From IMG/VR virus record IMGVR_UViG_3300045988_152944: a stretch of DNA of 64,000 bases; one strand, given 5' to 3'. Origin of the DNA: a virus. This document shows, piece by piece, positions 60,493 to 64,000 of the stretch. How positions within the stretch are numbered: position 1 is the first letter of the stretch; the number at the start of each line of letters is the position of its first letter. A program made the translations under genes and the position numbers. The notes beneath the pieces were generated by a model that saw nothing but the letters and a program-made list of their open reading frames with translations, searched no databases and was not told the DNA's origin.

Positions 60493-61664
60493 GTGCTACT
60501 CTCCTGAAGCTCAGGAGCAAGCAGTTCCTCTATTTCTTCTGAAGGAATTCCTTTGCGTTTATATTCTTTAATAAGTTCAGCAATCAACTCTTGTTTACGC
60601 AAATATTCTTTACACATTCGCAAAGCCTCTTCCGCCTGCTTACGCGCCGCAATCTCTCTGCGTACAACCATTGCTTGTTCCTCAACCATTTGAGCGTAGT
60701 CAGAATCTGACAATCTCAACTGTGCCATAATTGATTTTGCACTAATATCAGAACACTGTTGGATGCTTGAACTTGTCTCAATATCGTAAAGATTGGTTTT
60801 GCCATCGTCATAGTTGGTCTCTTCCATGTCACGCATAATACCTGACAGCGTACCAGCACCTCGACTCTTGGAGTTAGCATATTTTGCCGACAATCCGTGG
60901 TCTTTACATAACATTGAAATATTTTTATTAACATCTGATTTCATTTTTCGCAAAACTTCCAAGTCTTTGGCGTTTTTTACGATGTCGTCAGGTGTTATAG
61001 ATAATTTTGCAATCGCCAAATCCAATCGGTCAATTTCCTCATAGTTAGTAACTATTTCAATTGCCGCTCTTTGACGCACCAAGTCATTATTTAAAGTCGG
61101 ATCAATCATTTGGCTGAGTGAACGATACAACATTGAACGTTGTGATATAGGTTTAGATTCAAACGGGTCGTAACCAAAACTTTTTTTAATATCATTACGA
61201 TTTTGTTTATCATCTTCCGTAAGCTCGTCTTCACCCTCTTTGAAACTAGCCATCTTTATAAATACTGACCGGCTTAACTGTTTGCAAAAAGATTTATTAC
61301 AATATTCTTCGTTTGTAAACAGAATCTCTAGATATTTATCTGGCATTATTTCAGTCGCATCCAATGATGTTGCCACACTTGACGCAAGTAAATCATCATA
61401 ATACCAGTCATTGATTGCGCAGAGCTGGAAAAGTGCCTCAAGATGGTCGTTTTCACATTCTGCTAATATTTTATTATATAATGCACGCGTACATTCTTTA
61501 CATAATAAAGATTTGTGCTCTTTATCTTTCACGGTTCGAAGTGCGGATATTGTCCCATTGCTACCCCAAAATTCTTCGGGGTCCAGACTAGTCTTACATC
61601 CGACACAATATAACTTTTGGGCTATTGTGCCAAAAGCTGATAAAATCTTCCTTTCAGTGGCCAT
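60489..61664 (-). CDS. hypothetical protein upstream of terL (391 aa), possible small terminase/DNA-recognition protein
   Basis: Start at the ATG 61664 with AAGGAGGG RBS; N-terminal CVGC…CKEC zinc-ribbon; ATGA-type overlap with terL. Function by position only. Confidence 0.45.
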   Translation of the reverse strand: MATERKILSAFGTIAQKLYCVGCKTSLDPEEFWGSNGTISALRTVKDKEHKSLLCKECTRALYNKILAECENDHLEALFQLCAINDWYYDDLLASSVATSLDATEIMPDKYLEILFTNEEYCNKSFCKQLSRSVFIKMASFKEGEDELTEDDKQNRNDIKKSFGYDPFESKPISQRSMLYRSLSQMIDPTLNNDLVRQRAAIEIVTNYEEIDRLDLAIAKLSITPDDIVKNAKDLEVLRKMKSDVNKNISMLCKDHGLSAKYANSKSRGAGTLSGIMRDMEETNYDDGKTNLYDIETSSSIQQCSDISAKSIMAQLRLSDSDYAQMVEEQAMVVRREIAARKQAEEALRMCKEYLRKQELIAELIKEYKRKGIPSEEIEELLAPELQESST

Positions 61665-61745
61665 AAGCCCTCCTTGTGATCTACACACAACCACTCAAAA
61701 AAGCCCCCACAACAGCGGAGGCTCTTTGAACAATATATCCTTGAA

Positions 61746-62981
61746 TTATTCCTGAATGTCTAAGTTAATACTATGATGCAACACGTTGTCACCATCAAAG
61801 ATTAACAGGGTTTGGCCTGGTTTGCCAAACAGGCGTTTGCTAAACGCATATTGATCTACGCCAACAATACTGCCATTTACATAAACTTTGAAATTGTTGA
61901 ACGTTTTAAGTTTTTCACAATGATAATGGCCGACAAAAGCATAATCTACCACTATCCCAGTGTAAGCAGTCATATTTTGGAAAAGCGTTGTAATATTATC
62001 ATGGTGCCCATGAACAAACACGCCGGTCTTCCCGTTTTGGAAATTAATCATACCAATTTCCTGATCGAGAACATTTTCCTCAAAAGTAATGTTCGTGTCT
62101 CTCAACCTTTCTTTTAAATAGAAAGTAATAAGCTTACCATAATTTTCAGCCTCAATACTTTCTTTAAGAGAAGGCGTCATTCGTGAATGATTATCGGTAA
62201 CAGAATAATATCTCACATCTGGTGCAGCAGCCTGCAGTTGATTGAGCGTGTCTGCAATAAGCTCAGATGCAACCATGATTTGTTCAACAACATCGATTTG
62301 TTGCTCCAATCTTGCACTTGTGTGAATATGCCCTTGGCAATAATCACCAAGTCCTAAAATATTTAATCTTTGAACATTGTTGTTTACACAATATCTAATT
62401 ACATCTTGGATTAGTTTATTTACTCTTTTGCGAGCAATAGTAATATTATATTTATTATAATAATTATCAATCTCTACCCCAATATGTAAGTCCGACAACA
62501 TTAAAACCGCTTCTGTGTAAGTATTTCCAACCGGATGATACACAACTTTGGGAAGTTTGGTAATATCCACAACCAACTCTTTCATCAAAGCTTTAAAATC
62601 ATCCAAACGCGCTTCTTCTCTCATCATTCTTCGATAAGCATTTAAAGAATCGCGTGTTTTTACTTGTTGTTTATACAAATCTTGAATTTGTCCTTGGATT
62701 TCGTCTTCCATTTCTTGGGTAGACAAATCTTCAACTGTTTTATTAGATAATAATTTTGAATTTCGAGGTAATTCGCCGGTGCGTGCAAGTTTTTGCTTTA
62801 CCCAACAACGATAGTTTTCACCCGTTGTAAAAGGCATTCCTAACATCTCGTTCAGGGCACTCCAGTTTTTTACTCCCAATGGTAACTCTTTATGGGTTAC
62901 CCCTATTTCAAACAAATCGTCCTCAGTTAAGTTTTCTTCATTAAACTTTTTGAGGAACTCTAAAAAGTCGGTTTGAGTCAT
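61746..62981 (-). CDS. calcineurin-like metallophosphoesterase (411 aa)
   Basis: Motifs LSDLHIG, GLGDYCQG, VTDNHS, VHGHH, VGHYH in canonical order. Confidence 0.75.
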   Translation of the reverse strand: MTQTDFLEFLKKFNEENLTEDDLFEIGVTHKELPLGVKNWSALNEMLGMPFTTGENYRCWVKQKLARTGELPRNSKLLSNKTVEDLSTQEMEDEIQGQIQDLYKQQVKTRDSLNAYRRMMREEARLDDFKALMKELVVDITKLPKVVYHPVGNTYTEAVLMLSDLHIGVEIDNYYNKYNITIARKRVNKLIQDVIRYCVNNNVQRLNILGLGDYCQGHIHTSARLEQQIDVVEQIMVASELIADTLNQLQAAAPDVRYYSVTDNHSRMTPSLKESIEAENYGKLITFYLKERLRDTNITFEENVLDQEIGMINFQNGKTGVFVHGHHDNITTLFQNMTAYTGIVVDYAFVGHYHCEKLKTFNNFKVYVNGSIVGVDQYAFSKRLFGKPGQTLLIFDGDNVLHHSINLDIQE

Positions 62982-62984
62982 GTA

Positions 62985-63111
62985 TTTCTCCTTTTGCTTC
63001 TAGATAGTTCATTGAACTTCTCACGACTAAAGTCGTGAGATTCTTGGGAACTTCCGACCACTGCCGGAATATTTACCAAGCTAACCCCGTCGTCCCAACG
63101 GTTGTTTATAT
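62985..63111 (-). ncRNA. TnpB-associated right-end / omega-RNA (reRNA) 3' region
   Basis: A 127-nt ORF-free segment directly 3' of tnpB with stems CCGT/ACGG, TTCCG/CGGAA and a ~9-10-bp perfect hairpin TCTCACGACT/AGTCGTGAGA (63019-63040). The scaffold probably starts inside the tnpB 3' end. Confidence 0.55.
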
Positions 63112-64000
63112 TTAGGCTAATTGTTTAAGCCCTTCATTAAGAATATTTATCGCCGCATTAACATCTCTATCATGATGAGTGTGACAAACGGGGCAATCCC
63201 ATTCTCTGACTTTTAGGTCTTTTGTCTCAGTGTTCTTATATCCACAAACGCTACAAGTCTGCGAACTCGGGAAGAATTTGTCAACTTTAATAACCATTCT
63301 TCCATACCAACGTGCTTTATACTCCAACTCTCTTACAAATTCTGACCAAGAAACATCATTGATTGCTTGCGCGAGTTTGTGATTTTTAACCATATTTTTT
63401 ATTTGCAAATCTTCAAGACAAATCACATCATTTTCTCGAATGATAACTGTTGAGAGTTTTTGTAGAAAATCTTTACGTTGATTTGAAATTTTCTCATGCA
63501 ATCTCGCGACTTTTATTCTTGCTTTGTTACGGTTAGAACCATCTTTTGATTTTCGAGATAATTCTTTTTGTAACTTTGCAAGTTTATTTAACGAGTTTTT
63601 GAGATATTTCGGATTATTGACAACCTCACCATCGCTCGTGATACAAAACTCTTTAAGACCCAGGTCTATGCCGACCACATTGTTTGTAATCGGCAATGGT
63701 TGTATATCCACATCCACACAGCACAACGAAACGTAGTATTTTCCGCTGGGCTCTTGTGAAACCGTCGCGTTTACTATTCTACCTTGTGGTACCAACTTGT
63801 TTTTCGTTTTTACCAATCCAAGTTTTGGAAGTTGAATGTAACCGCCAAGATATTTTATGGTGCCATTCCTATATTTAGAGTTGTAAGAATATTTATGAGT
63901 TTTCTTACTTTTGAAATTTGGAAACCCAGCGTGTTCTTTAAAGAACTTTTTATAAGCATTGTCTAAATCTTTGAGAGAAGATTGAAGAGCAGTGGAATCA
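63112..64000 (-). CDS. tnpB: TnpB RNA-guided nuclease (IS200/IS605 OrfB), partial; N-terminus lies beyond the right edge
   Basis: The frame is open to position 64000 (…[22 protein letters not shown]…). Ruv[23 protein letters not shown], zinc finger CSVCG…[18 protein letters not shown]. Confidence 0.9.
   Translation of the reverse strand, partial: DSTALQSSLKDLDNAYKKFFKEHAGFPNFKSKKTHKYSYNSKYRNGTIKYLGGYIQLPKLGLVKTKNKLVPQGRIVNATVSQEPSGKYYVSLCCVDVDIQPLPITNNVVGIDLGLKEFCITSDGEVVNNPKYLKNSLNKLAKLQKELSRKSKDGSNRNKARIKVARLHEKISNQRKDFLQKLSTVIIRENDVICLEDLQIKNMVKNHKLAQAINDVSWSEFVRELEYKARWYGRMVIKVDKFFPSSQTCSVCGYKNTETKDLKVREWDCPVCHTHHDRDVNAAINILNEGLKQLA

Overview
The window is the late/structural region of a large tailed dsDNA phage or prophage. 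GC is about 40% and RBSs are strong AGGAGG-type, which looks Bacillota-like (inference). Every credible gene is on the minus strand; the long plus-strand ORFs are antisense shadows.

Gene order, right to left:
- a partial TnpB (IS200/IS605 OMEGA) element
- metallophosphoesterase, large terminase, putative portal, scaffold/protease-like protein, major capsid, head-tail genes, putative tail tube
- an accessory block: LL-H-type holin, a complete IscB nuclease with a structured 266-nt upstream omega-RNA region, five paralogous fibre-like genes sharing an N-terminal domain, a BspA-type LRR protein, a RuvC-like resolvase and a tyrosine recombinase
- a giant tape-measure gene (about 2680 aa once spliced) interrupted by an ORF-less group I intron with recognisable P/Q/R/S core elements
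- about 23 kb of very large, repeat-rich tail-tip/receptor-binding proteins with two families of propeller-like repeats
- a radical-SAM/SPASM enzyme beside a glycine-rich fibre protein

Most interesting candidates:
1. Two different RNA-guided OMEGA nucleases (IscB plus omega-RNA, and TnpB) inside one phage structural region.
2. The rSAM-SPASM maturase embedded in the receptor-binding module.
3. The group I intron in the tape-measure gene.
4. A recombinase/resolvase pair and a duplicated, covarying double-hairpin leader within the fibre paralog cluster.

I saw no tRNA, rRNA or CRISPR array. All family assignments come from motif recognition by eye and need HMM or structure confirmation.
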